A stretch of 64,000 nt of DNA from Raillietiella orientalis (lineage: Eukaryota), in NCBI GenBank assembly GCA_036172245.1, contig JAYWIR010000002.1, positions 2,294,001 through 2,358,000 on the forward strand. The letters run 5' to 3'. Below, piece after piece: positions 37,018 to 48,369 of this stretch. Below the pieces are notes generated by a model. That model saw nothing but the letters and a program-made list of their open reading frames with translations. It was not told the DNA's origin and ran no database searches. The first letter of the stretch is position 1. Each line of letters starts with the position of its first letter. The translations under genes were made by a program, and so were the position numbers.

Positions 37018-38502
37018 ATGGATTCCTTGTCATTAGGAGATACTGTTGACTTTGAAGACTTTAGCTATGAAGTGGGAGATTTCATTGGTGAAGGAAAGTA
37101 AGCTTCACAAATCTGTTGATATGTGTGTATGATATCTCGTGTATGTTTTTACGAATGGTTTTTTCAGATTTTCCCCAGCATTTTTGTTGATGTATGTTTG
37201 AATTTTAGATGCTGTGTGGTGTATGCAGTGAAAGAAAAAAACACTGGAAATAAGTTTGCACTAAAAGTATATCGACCTGGTGATTTATATGAAGGAGCAT
37301 TGTATCGGGAGCTTTTTATTGTAAAGCAGTTTGAAGAAAATGAAGTAAGCATTGGTGAGTAAAGAAGAAATATCCCATGTATTGTTTCATTTCCTTCTGA
37401 ACTTTCAGTCAAGTACCATGCATACTTCCAGCACAAGGGACTCCACTGTCTCATTTTAGAGAAACTCTATGCAACTTTTGGGGATGTTCGGTATGTAATT
37501 GGTCACAGTTGCTCCCTGTGGCATGTGCAAAAGTTTGCAAAAGACATCCTCAGGTCAGAGTTTCTTGACTGTCAATGCAAAAATGATTTGTTCCCAGTGC
37601 ATTGTTGTATTTGCACCAGCGAGATTTGGTTCATGCAGATCTGAAGCCATCCAATATTATGTGGAGTGTAGATGATGGTTGCTACAAGCTTTTAGACTTT
37701 GGTCTTAGCTTCTCCTGTTCTGAGAAGAGCATACATCAAGTACAGAGTTTTGCATATGCAGCTCCTGAAGCACACTGTTGGAACACATATAAGAAAAGCA
37801 AGTGTTCCACTAAAGATGTTCCTGCCTTTCTCACCACAGCCATTGATATTTGGAGCCTTGGTTGTCTGTTGTTTGAACTAGCTGCTGGAGACAAACTGAT
37901 TCCATATGGGCAGATGATTGAAGATCAGCAACAAGTAAGAGATAGTATCCAAAAGCATATTGCAAAAAAAAATAACTCCTGTGTTCCCAATGTATCTCTA
38001 ATTGTTCAAGATCTGTGTGATTTCCTTGACAGGTTAATTTCAAGATGATCGTTTGTCGAAGTACTTGATTCTTTCAGATGTTTGCAAATTGATCCCAAAC
38101 AAAGAATGAAAGCTGCAGAAGGTTGTGCTCATCCATTTTTAAAATGTTGTCTCATCCCTGAATTTCAAGATCTTTTTTTGCCAACCACAATTCTTAGGCT
38201 GCCATACAAATTGAGTCCCAGCATGCTGAATTCTAATCTAATTGGTACATGTGGTGCACAATTTTCTTCTCTTTCAGTGTTTTTATCCTGCAGATGCAGT
38301 TTTAAAAGAGGCTGAAACTTTTGGTGCTGTGCTGAGCATCCAGCTCGAGCTTTCAAAGGATGTAGTGTTCATCCAATTTGTAGAAGGAGAAAGTTGTATA
38401 CAGGCCATGAATCAAATGCAGAGGAAACCAACATTTGGGGACTGTATTCTGCAGCCAACATTTTTCCCTTTGGATGTTTGGGCAGTAGATAAACTGTTCT
38501 GA
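37018..38502 (+). CDS. UHMK1: Ser/Thr kinase with C-terminal U2AF-homology motif (KIS/UHMK1-like); exons 37018-37097, 37209-37354, 37409-37553, 37598-38032, 38078-38244, 38294-38502
   Basis: Kinase motifs IGEGKCCVVY, FALK, LVHADLKPSNIMWS, LLDFGLSF, YAAPE and DIWSLG are followed by LPTTILRL...EAETFGAV...VFIQF...TFFPL, the atypical RRM/UHM architecture of KIS. Introns of 111, 54, 44, 45 and 49 nt are all GT-AG and phase-consistent. Confidence 0.88.
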
Positions 38503-39209
38503 CTTATTTTCAGAATTTTGAGCATACTAAAGATGCATATCTTGTAGTTCAAGAAATCTAAGTACTGGCTTTCCTAATAAATTCAAAATCCTGAACCGTG
38601 AGGATTCAGTTATAAATGGCATCTCCTTTGCAAGTATGTGGGGTCAGCTTTTTCATTGTAGTCTGTAATCTAATATGATTGCAATTTAAGTTTCCGTGTC
38701 TGATACCCGAAGAACAAGAAGTTTGCTTGTCCATCCTATAAATGGGGTATGTCACTTGAGGTTTTCGAACCTGGTATCAGGAAAACCTTGAAAGCGTCTA
38801 TAAAAAAACAAGAATTGCACAAGACGTGTATCTTCATAAGTCGTTCAAATTGAAATCGACACTTTGAGTAGTAAGGGTAAACGAAGCATAGGGGAAAATA
38901 CAGATGAAATGTCAATTATCAAACTATAATGACGAAAGTTCGGTCGTAAAGCGAGTGGAGAATTACAGACTCCAGGCGAAACCAAATTGAAATATTCGAA
39001 ATAATGCGTTGGAGAGAATGAAACGAAAGTTCTAAGTTTACACAAAAATAAAAAGCAACACGATTTGTGTACATGTTCCGTGATGAGTGAGTGCAGCTCC
39101 CATCGAATGAATGAAAATTCCGTGGGCGTATGAAAAGTCGAAATCTTCTAAGAAAGGAATCTTTCACCGTAAACGAGTAAAAAAGTGCAAGTCAACCAGT
39201 TGGCCGGTA

Positions 39210-40560
39210 AGGTCAGTGCCGTATGCATTCCAGGAGAGACGTGACTGCAAGCTTTGAGGTTGAGGATGCGCTCCGTTGCCTTGCAGAGATGCTGTTAAGA
39301 GAGGAAAAGCACCACCAAATAACCAGCGACTGTTTCTCTATGCATGCTCCGTCACTTTTTTCCTCATTAGTCGAGTGGCCACGCTGGTTGCTCGGAACCT
39401 GGGATCGCAGTGCATGCAACAGATTGCTGATGATCAATGTAGTTTGCTCCCTATTAGAATCTCATGTACGTTCCGTGTTTTGCCGCAATGCATTGGTGCG
39501 GCACGGAAGTTTCTGCCATCTCCGTCCATGAAGTGCACATCAGTGGTTCCACGTGATCTGTTTCGTACCTGCTTTCGTTTTCAAAGCTTCACGAGATCTC
39601 GCAGTACACCTCGATTTCGGGAGCAAATTCAAAGTACGTAGTGTATTCAGTGCCACCCTTTCGGTGGGATCCTGTCCCCCAAATCAAAATGAAGATTCGC
39701 TGGATTTACTTTCTTCTGCGTGTGTCCGAGTCGTTCAAAATCACCATCTCAGATGCGTTTGGGTTCGCTAAGCTTTGTGGAACCGTGGAAGGGAAAGATT
39801 TCAAACACATGTATCTCCCGTCGCCTCAAAATGCAAGTCCACTCGCCCGATGGAGTATGGTGATCACGAAACTCACGTGTTGAATGGAAGCACTGGCTGA
39901 CCGCGCTGCCTTTTATGTCTTTGCACATAAAGTGCAATGCAGCTGCATTTCTGCGGAGTTTGGAGCACGCAATGGAAGCTAAAATTTCTGCGCCTCTGCT
40001 GCTTCTCACCTTCAGCTCTTCTGCTTACTCATGCGTCTTTGGATCCCCACAAACCCGAGCACTCCGGGTCTTGCTACCCAAGAAAAAGTGTTCAGTAGTA
40101 CTTTGTGCGTGAATATCAGACATTTCTTCCGAGCCCTTCAGGTATCTTCGGATTTCGCGTTGGTGACCACCCGCTAAGGTTGAAATCGTCCTTGACGATT
40201 ACTGACAGAGTCCCCCTCCCTTTTGAAAAAGGGGGCCAACATGCCGGATTTGTCATTTCTGGATTTCGCTTCATCTATGCCGCGTGCAGTAACGACCACG
40301 GAATTCAGTCCCAGCATGCTGAATTCTAATGAAATGACCATGGAAGTGTTAATGACCGTGGAATTTCGAGCAAACGAATTCTTATTTGATCCCATTCCTT
40401 TACCTAGCTCCACTCAGCGACTTTTGTTTTCATCTCCTTTTATCCTGAAAAATTTTGTAATTAACGCGTTGTCATTTCGCGACTACTTTAGCGGGAAGCA
40501 TTCGGGGGCGCTGAATGCATCCACCATTAATCCTTTGGCATAAGAATCTTCTTTAGCTGA
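39210..40560 (-). pseudogene. Possible decayed multi-exon coding relic
   Basis: Minus-strand frames with candidate short GT-AG introns (e.g. 42 nt near 40445-40486) and scattered stops. No domain recognised. Confidence 0.25.
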
Positions 40561-41329
40561 AAGCATACATTCCTCTTAAAATACTGTATTCCCCTAATGT
40601 CACAAGACGTTTTTTCATTCACTAACGTACTTGGGGAATAATCTTTGTTAAGTATGTAATAAGGACAGAAATAGAACGAGTAGGGGTGCACGCTGTAATT
40701 GTGACAAAAAATGCAGCTGAAAATGACTTCCACCGAGTGCCCACTTTTAAATTTAGGCTTCGTGTTCTGCAAATAACTTGGGAGTTCATCGCAAAAGATG
40801 TACACAAATGATGTACACACAGATGTACACACGATACACATGTACATCAAACGAACCACCTCGAGGTTTGAGCACATGATGATGAAACAAACGCAACATG
40901 ATGGGGGCACCCCTGTGCGTTCGTGAACAACGAGGTGAGTGGTCAAACGCCAGCAGAAGGCTTCAACTATCCTTTGAAGAGGAATACCAAGAAAGTGCTT
41001 AAAAGCAACCGAAGGAATCCTGACAAAAGTGAGAAACCCACCGGAATCACGACAATTTCCTATCTGCGCCAAGATTCTTTTCTCGTTTTCACAAAAGCAA
41101 AGAAGCTAACCACTCCCTCATACCTCATGTCGACGTGTCGCCTAAAGAGCAAGAAAACACACACACACACACAGAAATTCGAAGTCTCCTGGAGCTTTCA
41201 TAAACCTCTGAAACTCGCGTCCCTTTAATTGCTCGCATAACGACGACCATGCAAGTAAAGAGAGGGCTCCATCGTTGCGACCCGAGAAAACGCCATTCTT
41301 TCTCGACTTCCTCGAGGGCCGCGCCCGCA

Positions 41330-42232
41330 CCACTCCAGCGGCAACCGTTGGAAAAGCCACCCCCAAGTGATCCATGACTCCCCACGTACCCCATCCACTG
41401 GTGGAGCTCGGAGGCGTAGCAAGGAGCCCTCCCGTCGCGAAACGCGCGTCGCCGGTCTGCGAACCGGTGGCCCGGCAGGTCTCCATTACATTCCTCGTGG
41501 TCGGACCACTGGTCCAACCACAGTTCCTGCAGTGCGTTTGCTTTCGGCATAAAACGCCATGGCGCACCCGGGTGCAAATCGTGAAACGCTCGTCGAGCGT
41601 TGCTGGAAGAGAGGCCTAGCAATGGAGTCGCGCCAGCCTTCGAAGCGAAGGGAAGCCCTCGACTTCCCTTCGCTTGGAAGACGGCGCCTGGAAGACGGGC
41701 GGATGCCTTCGAAAGGCGAGCTGCGGTGTCGCGCTCGTAGCAGTTGGACGGGGGGCCTGGGGCACGCAACCAGCCGGCCACTGCAGAAGCGCACGGCTCG
41801 TCTGGGAAGGGTGCCGGAAGGCGCGGTTCGTGCGCGTGCCAGGCTCGCGGGGTCGAAAGTATGAGGACGAGGTCGCAGCCGAGCGCTGCCCGGGTGCTGG
41901 GAACTCACCACGCGCGGCTCCCGGAGGAACGGGCACGGGAGTGCCACGCTGGATCGCAGCGGTCGCTCTTTGCCCGCGCCCCTTCCCACCTGGGGGTTCG
42001 AGGCTGCCGCTCCACAGCCTCCTGCTGCCTGCGCTCATCTCATCAGAAGGAAGTTCTCCTAATGGCCAGCTCGCTCATCCAGGTAACGGGAGCGCGGACT
42101 CCATTGCTGCGTGTGGAAGCCGGAGAGGAAGTTGAGATTTTGATGGAGCGTTGCAGTTTTCTAGTAGCTGTGAAGCAAGCAGAGTGCTCGGAAATTCAAC
42201 TGGTTGCGCCATTCAGAATGCTGAATGACGGA
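41330..42232 (+). repeat. Copy 2 of the duplication: 804-bp block fused to the 101-bp block
   Basis: Junction ggagaggaagTTgagatttt joins 33737-type and 35355-type sequence through a shared TT. Confidence 0.97.
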
Positions 42233-44362
42233 TTTTTGCAGAACAGGATCTGTCATTTGTTCATTGTTTATGTATTGGCATAATATTTCCAGGAAAGAGT
42301 TGCAACCAGAGTTCGTTTCTTCAAGGTGCCCTTTCATTCTTTTCAAGCAATTCTTATTCCTTTTGCTTTTTTGCTGTGCTAAAAAATCGCAATCCAGTTT
42401 TTTGAAGATTTAGATGGAAGGACTGGGAACTGGAAGAATGGATGAGACGCAAACCCAAGGGAAGAACAAGGGAAAGATATGCTCATTAGGTAAGACATCC
42501 GCATTGGTAGACGTTTCAGGAAACTCATGATGGTTGCTAATATTCCATTTTATGTGAGCACTGGTAACAACCGTTCCACATTTTGCGCTGATAAGAACTT
42601 GATGAAGTAATGAACTTCCAAGGATATCTAAGGCAAGGGAGTTGGGGGTAGTCGTGTGAATGTGAAGGATATGGATTCTTTTTTTGCTGAAGATTGTACT
42701 GAATCTCTACTCTTGTGCATGATGTGCGCTCTGTGCGAGCCGGTCCTCAAGTGTGTTGTCAAAATGGCGATGAAAGATCGAAGATAAATCGATTACATCC
42801 GTAAAATGATCCTTACTTTTAATTAAAGATTGATGGTTGATTATCTACTGATGGATGATTATCTATATGATGATTATCTACGGCAGTAATTCGTATGGTA
42901 CTGGATAAGAACGCTATTCTTTGTTTTCCCAGCTGAGCAGTATTGTATCCAGCACTCGAGACAGCCAATTTATTAATTTAGAGTGAGCATGACGTTTTGC
43001 ATGTTTAGAAGCCCTTGTTTTCTTGAGATAGATAACTCCCATGGGGGAGGAGGGAGGGAAGCCTTTCTGAATCACACTTTTCCATTCAATGCTTCTTGTT
43101 AATGGATCCAATAACTGACCCGACGAACTGTTAGCAGCTTCTTCCGCAGATTTATCCGAGCGCCTTAACGAAGGTGGCAGCGGTGTGCAAGGTCAGAATG
43201 CTATACCGTTTCCAGCAGGCTGGGAGAATCCCTAGACGAAATGAAATTTGTGGACGGCGTTGCACAGTACTAAAAAGGAATCCGTTCCGCGTCCAGGCTG
43301 CACGACGCTTGCGAACCTCAGCATGCTGGCGAAAGCACACCGTTGATAAGCTCTTAGTCCGAGTGCAGCAGTCGACGTGCTACGTAGGGCGCCGTAGGCA
43401 AGACGTGCAGGACCGAGTTTCAGATACATTTATTGCTCTACAGGCAAATCAGTAACTTCAAATAAAGCTTCTTTGTGGCATTTTTTTTTTTTTCCCCCCC
43501 TCCCAACTGTTTGTGCGAATTCTTTGCAGTCCTCCTGCTCCGAAATTAGTTTCTAATGGACAACCGGAAGGGTAGAAAAGAGTGGGCATGTTCCTACAGA
43601 ACAAGCACAGGAGTAGGAGGCGCTCGGTAGCGTTTACACATTCCTAGAAGACAACTGAAACAGGAAGTGTTGTGGAATTCCTTCAGCATTTCGATGGTAG
43701 AAAACCGCCGCCACACCGGAGCAAAGTCTGACGATTGCACAGGGGGCCTTCCGTGACCGTAAACCCCCAGACTCGCAGCAGTGGTCGGTTACCAAGGAGA
43801 TTTTTCCCAAGCTGCTTGCGAACGCATAAGGTGCAGAGTGCGCGTGTCGGTCCGGAAGACCAACGGAAAGAGCATAGGATTCACAAATACCTCCAGGAAC
43901 GAAAAATTCGACGTTGTTTTTCCACTTCGATGCGGGCCAGACGGTTTCTTTCGAATGCTTCAAGACGTGGGTGAGTGGGGATGCTGCGCGCGCACGTTGA
44001 CGGTGACGGAAGCGCGCATCGCTTCGGCGTCTGCGGGAATCGCCCTATCCTCTCATCTCAGAAGTTTTTTTTCCGCCTTCAAGAGAAAGTTACTCCGCGT
44101 ATAACTTTCCTCGCGTGTCCCAGGATCCTCGCAAGATCATCCTCCGCCGTCAGGTGGTCTGGAAAAGCATCCGTTCCGAAGCCCCCGCCGCTCCCTGCTC
44201 CTGCCAACAGGTGAACGCCGAGCCGCCCCGTGTTCCTCCTCGAAGCATGGGGGGTGACACCCGGCTCGGAGGTTTTGCAAGTGTATTGGGCGCGTCTGCG
44301 TCGCGGGCCTTCCTGGGAAGGGGCGAGGGAGACACGCGATCTCTCTCCTCGAGGCGGGCTGC

Positions 44363-45076
44363 TCAGGAGAGCAGCATGGCTGTCTGGATGGATTTGCGGA
44401 CGGTCGCCATCTCGTGCTGCTGGGCTTCCATGAGGATGCGCTTCTGCAGCAGGGCCATCTCCTTGCGCAGCTCCCCCAGCATGGTCTGCTGCTGCCCTTG
44501 ACCCTGCCCTTCCAGCTCCTCCACCCCTCGGAAGAACCCCTCGCAGAAGTCGCGCAGCGAGGTCAGGCGCTGGCCGTTGGCGGTGCGGTTGTGCTGCACG
44601 GCGCGGAACTGCTGCTGCATGCAGCGCTGGAGCTTCTCTTCCTGGTCGCGGGCGCGCTGCAGGTCGCACTCCCACTGCTCGAACAGCGAGGCCGCCTGCC
44701 GGCGGAATTCCTCGGCGAAGCGGCGTCGCCCTTCTGCCTGGCTGCGGCAGAACTCGTCCAGTTTTTTCTGGCTAGCCTTGACGGCCGCTGGCCGTTCGAT
44801 GTCATTTCCACGTGCTGTGCGTTTGTGCTTACCCGCTGTGTACTGCTCCATCCTCTTCCTCTTGGCCATTATGTTGTTATTGATGTCACTCCCGAAAACG
44901 CGTATCATCTCTGACATTTTGCCGCTTAAATCAACTTCCTGCTCCACGTTGCTGGCGCGTTTGCGCCCGGTGGTTTTTTCCGTCATCGCAAAAAAGGGTT
45001 CGTCTTCATCGGAGCCATCCAATAAATTCTCATCCTTAATGATATCAGTGACTTTTTTTGCTGGGGCCTTTGGCAT
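44363..45076 (-). CDS. SYCP3: Synaptonemal complex protein 3 (Cor1/Xlr/Xmr family); exons 45076-44833 and 44787-44363
   Basis: Motifs FGSDINNNIMAKRKRMEQYT, FEQWECDLQRARDQEEKL, QRLTSLR and ELRKEMALLQKRILMEAQQHEMATVRKSIQ correspond to the conserved SYCP3 regions. Removing a 45-nt GTAAGC...CCAG intron (44832-44788) restores YTAAAVK, matching vertebrate YTKASLK spacing. Confidence 0.92.
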   Translation of the reverse strand: MPKAPAKKVTDIIKDENLLDGSDEDEPFFAMTEKTTGRKRASNVEQEVDLSGKMSEMIRVFGSDINNNIMAKRKRMEQYTAGKHKRTARGNDIERPAAVKASQKKLDEFCRSQAEGRRRFAEEFRRQAASLFEQWECDLQRARDQEEKLQRCMQQQFRAVQHNRTANGQRLTSLRDFCEGFFRGVEELEGQGQGQQQTMLGELRKEMALLQKRILMEAQQHEMATVRKSIQTAMLLS

Positions 45077-47402
45077 TTCTTTTTCTGGAATAATCTAAGA
45101 ATCAAACATTATGGTACTCATAAGGCTAAGAAATTTCCAAATAAATCTTTGCATTCAAAATTTAGTCGTGACTGCGTTTTGAATCGTCTATGCCTCTCGG
45201 GTTAAACAAAACTTTACTTGATTAATTATCAATACATGGCTTTTTATTCACCTAAGATTTTTTTTGATTTTGCCTGTAATTATATTGCAGTTTTCAAAGA
45301 GCTTTGGAATAGTTTTTTTTTTTCAAGACACCAGGAATAATGGTTCTTAAACTTCAGGCGTTACAAATCCCTTATAAACTTGCATTTGCATTTTTATTCA
45401 TTTTCATCAAATTTGCTCAAAGTTCATAGATGGATTTTTTCAAAACTATCTTTTATGAGAATTGTTTGTTTCACAAGGACTTCATTCGATTTCATAAAGA
45501 ATCGAAAAAAATATAAACAAAAACAAAGGTGTTTATAAACGAAGTAGATTTAGAATGAGGGTAAAATTAAACAGTATCCCAAGGAAGACAAATGTTATAT
45601 ATTTATCCTTACATTATTTATATACTTTTGTAAATCACAGTGCAATTCTTTCGACTATAGTGCAAAACATCAGTGCATTGCACAATCCATAAGGATCAAA
45701 ACACTTCACGAATTGCAGAGAAAATCTGAACAGAGATATTCATGCACCAAATCAAAGTTGCAAGTTAACTTTTAGCTTCGCGTATCTCTGGAGATGGGAA
45801 AGGAATTTCGTAGGCCTATCTGGTCTTGAATTTCAAATCTCAATATTCAAAAACTTTTAGTTTTGACAGAATAAATAAATAAAAAACAAGGGAAAAGACA
45901 GAAACTTCTTTGGCTTCATAAAAAAAAAAAAGAACTCGTTCCGAGAACTTGGCTATAGTTCTACAAATTAGAAAGACCATTGCTAGTTCTCCAGCTTTTG
46001 ATCATTTATAACTATATCCATAACTCAAGCTTGCGAATGCAGTAAATCAATTCTCTACTTGCTTTATGATGTACATACATGGAGTTTCGTATGCGTACAT
46101 ATATAGGTACATATCATTACATACAGCATTTATATAGCAGTCCTTAACCATAACCAACAGCGTGCTAAACATAAGTGCCTATGTGAATGCCTATGATCAC
46201 TACTAATTAGACTAAAAAAATAGAGAAATTCTTCGTTTCAGTAAAAATTTCAGTAACTCAACACTGAAAATATAGTCGTATTTTATTTAGAGGGCGTAAG
46301 TAATCGATAACAAAAATGAAACACTATACACGAGTTAAGTGTTCAACGTTCCAGGTAAGGTAATTTAAGACCATCAATGCCGATGGCAAATTGAATCATG
46401 TATTGGTTACTGCTGATCAAGTTTCAAATCTTTTCAACTAAGATACAAGGAATATTTCAATTGATACAAAATTCTCTCTTTTAGGAGAGTTTGCAACACC
46501 GAACACAAAAGCTTTTCTGATTTCTTCACGCTCATTACGCTAAAGTGAGCTTTTAATTTGGCAAGTATCTGCTCCTCAACTTGATGTTCGCTCGCGATCC
46601 AGCATCCTCCACGAATTATCTACAAAGGAATATAATTATGTTCTTCGGTGCAGCATTTTTCTCTTTGGATTGGCAGCAGCTGTTCGAGCTGAAGCTTTCT
46701 CATTTCGCCTGCATCCATGCCCGAGTTCTATGCGTCTTGTGTGCTTTATAACAAGGCAAACACAAGCATGCAACATGACCTCATACATTGGAGTTACGAA
46801 GTTTTTTTTTCCTAACGTTTTTCCCCATCACTTATGGCAGCGCCGTAAATTGCATCATGATGTTTGAGTTCAGGCTACCATCTTTCTTCGGTGACTTTTT
46901 TCTAGCAAAATGCAGGCATCCATGGATTGAGAGAAAAAAACAAAAAAGATAAAACAAGGGATCCATACAGTTAGCTACTTGTGAACCACCGGTGCCTATG
47001 CTGTTTCTGCCAGAGTGCGAAGTCTTTTTTCAATGCACAAAAATAAACAAACAAATAAAATGTCTTCAAAAACGAGAACTTTTTCAAGCTTACATTTGTA
47101 ACGCTTGCGCGTAATCATCAATTTGTATTTTTACTGCCATCAGTCGTTTTCAGCGGATCAGATGTTATCTTGGTCCTCGCTTAGAGGACAAGCCATGCCA
47201 TTCGTGTTTTATGACCCTTCCCTTTGCTTTTTCTGAGCAATCAACTGCAGTTTCCTCCATGAGCCGCTACTAAACGCTGAAGGCTAAAGAACGACACGAA
47301 ACAGATGTTGAATCGTTGACATAAATGCACGGGGAGCACCCCTAAGAGCGCTTCCTCGCACATTTCTACCACCTTGATCCCATTAAGGTCAAAAGAGAAG
47401 GA

Positions 47403-47588
47403 TGACTGAAGAGGCAAAGACAAAACTTGACTGCTTCAACGACTCGGGTCGAATATATGGCTATGGAAACCCTGCGCCTTGTAAAGAATAAAGGCGCCTT
47501 CAAGAAATCATTCGGGGAAGCCGAAATGGAGCAATTCTCGGAATGGGAAGCTGCCAGGCCATCAGAAGCTACAAGCCCTTTTATTAGA
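47403..47588 (+). mobile_element. Ty1/copia RNase H fragment (relic)
   Basis: *LKRQRQNLTASTTRVEYMAM has the same spacing as the copia motif W.SKKQ..VALSTTEAEYMAL, with the Trp mutated to TGA. Confidence 0.45.
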
Positions 47589-48369
47589 ATCGCCTCTTGC
47601 TAGGTCATCGACAATCTGGGGATTCCTTCCGAATCGAAACGAAGTGAAACCGATGGAACTCCTCTGAACGGGTGTGGGGGACAACAGGGGGTCACTTGCA
47701 GGGGTTCCTAATTTTTTTCCCGGAGTACATCGCATACGTTGAGAACGGGAGAGAGAGAGGCGGCGAGCCTTGCAGTTTCAGCATAACAGCCGCCTGCTGC
47801 TACTCCAAGCCCGCGGGCGACGTGCGTGTGACGTCAGAGCACTTTCGGAATACAAGTGATCGATCATGCAGGCGCAAAAACGAATTCTGTTTAGAGGAAA
47901 ATCCCTCTCTGCGGAATTCTTCCTCTGGTGCTTCCGATTCGTTTTACGAAACTGAGGACGCGGGACAGAGCCAACGGCTGCCTCTGCCAACCTCTGCCGA
48001 CGCTGCGCCTCCTGGCATTCATCTGCAGGAAAGTCAGGGGCGGAAAACCAGCCGTGGAGCACGTAGGGGAGCAGCTAGCAGCCAGTGATGAAGCTGGTGG
48101 CAGGACTGCGCTCCGGCGACACTGACCAATCCACTTTCGGTATCGATTCTCCAGAGGGTGGTGGCACAGAAACCAGGCTGCAAGAGCTCGACTTCCTGGT
48201 CGTTGTCGTAGAAAGAAATGCCAGATGTGGTTTTGAACTCCGGATTCCAACGCTGACGACAGAAAGGTCCACTCTTCTGGGTAGGCAGAGCGCGTCCACC
48301 TGACACTGGCTGCGAAAGACTTTTTCAGATGATTTTCCATGCTGCCCTTTGGGATCTGCCAGTGCCAGA

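Noticed and set aside
40797..40848. Short tandem GATGTACACA repeats (also gatgattatcta repeats at ~42836-42880)
   Set aside because: Ordinary slippage-type micro-duplications with no further structure.
41616..42212. Minus-strand frame with a single in-frame TGA, suggesting selenocysteine or readthrough
   Set aside because: No redox motif and no SECIS recognised. Neighbouring relics also contain TAA and TAG stops, so decay is the simpler explanation.
43550..44330. Possible plus-strand spliced gene converging on SYCP3
   Set aside because: Splice-like sites exist, but every frame I tried hits stops and no motif is recognisable.
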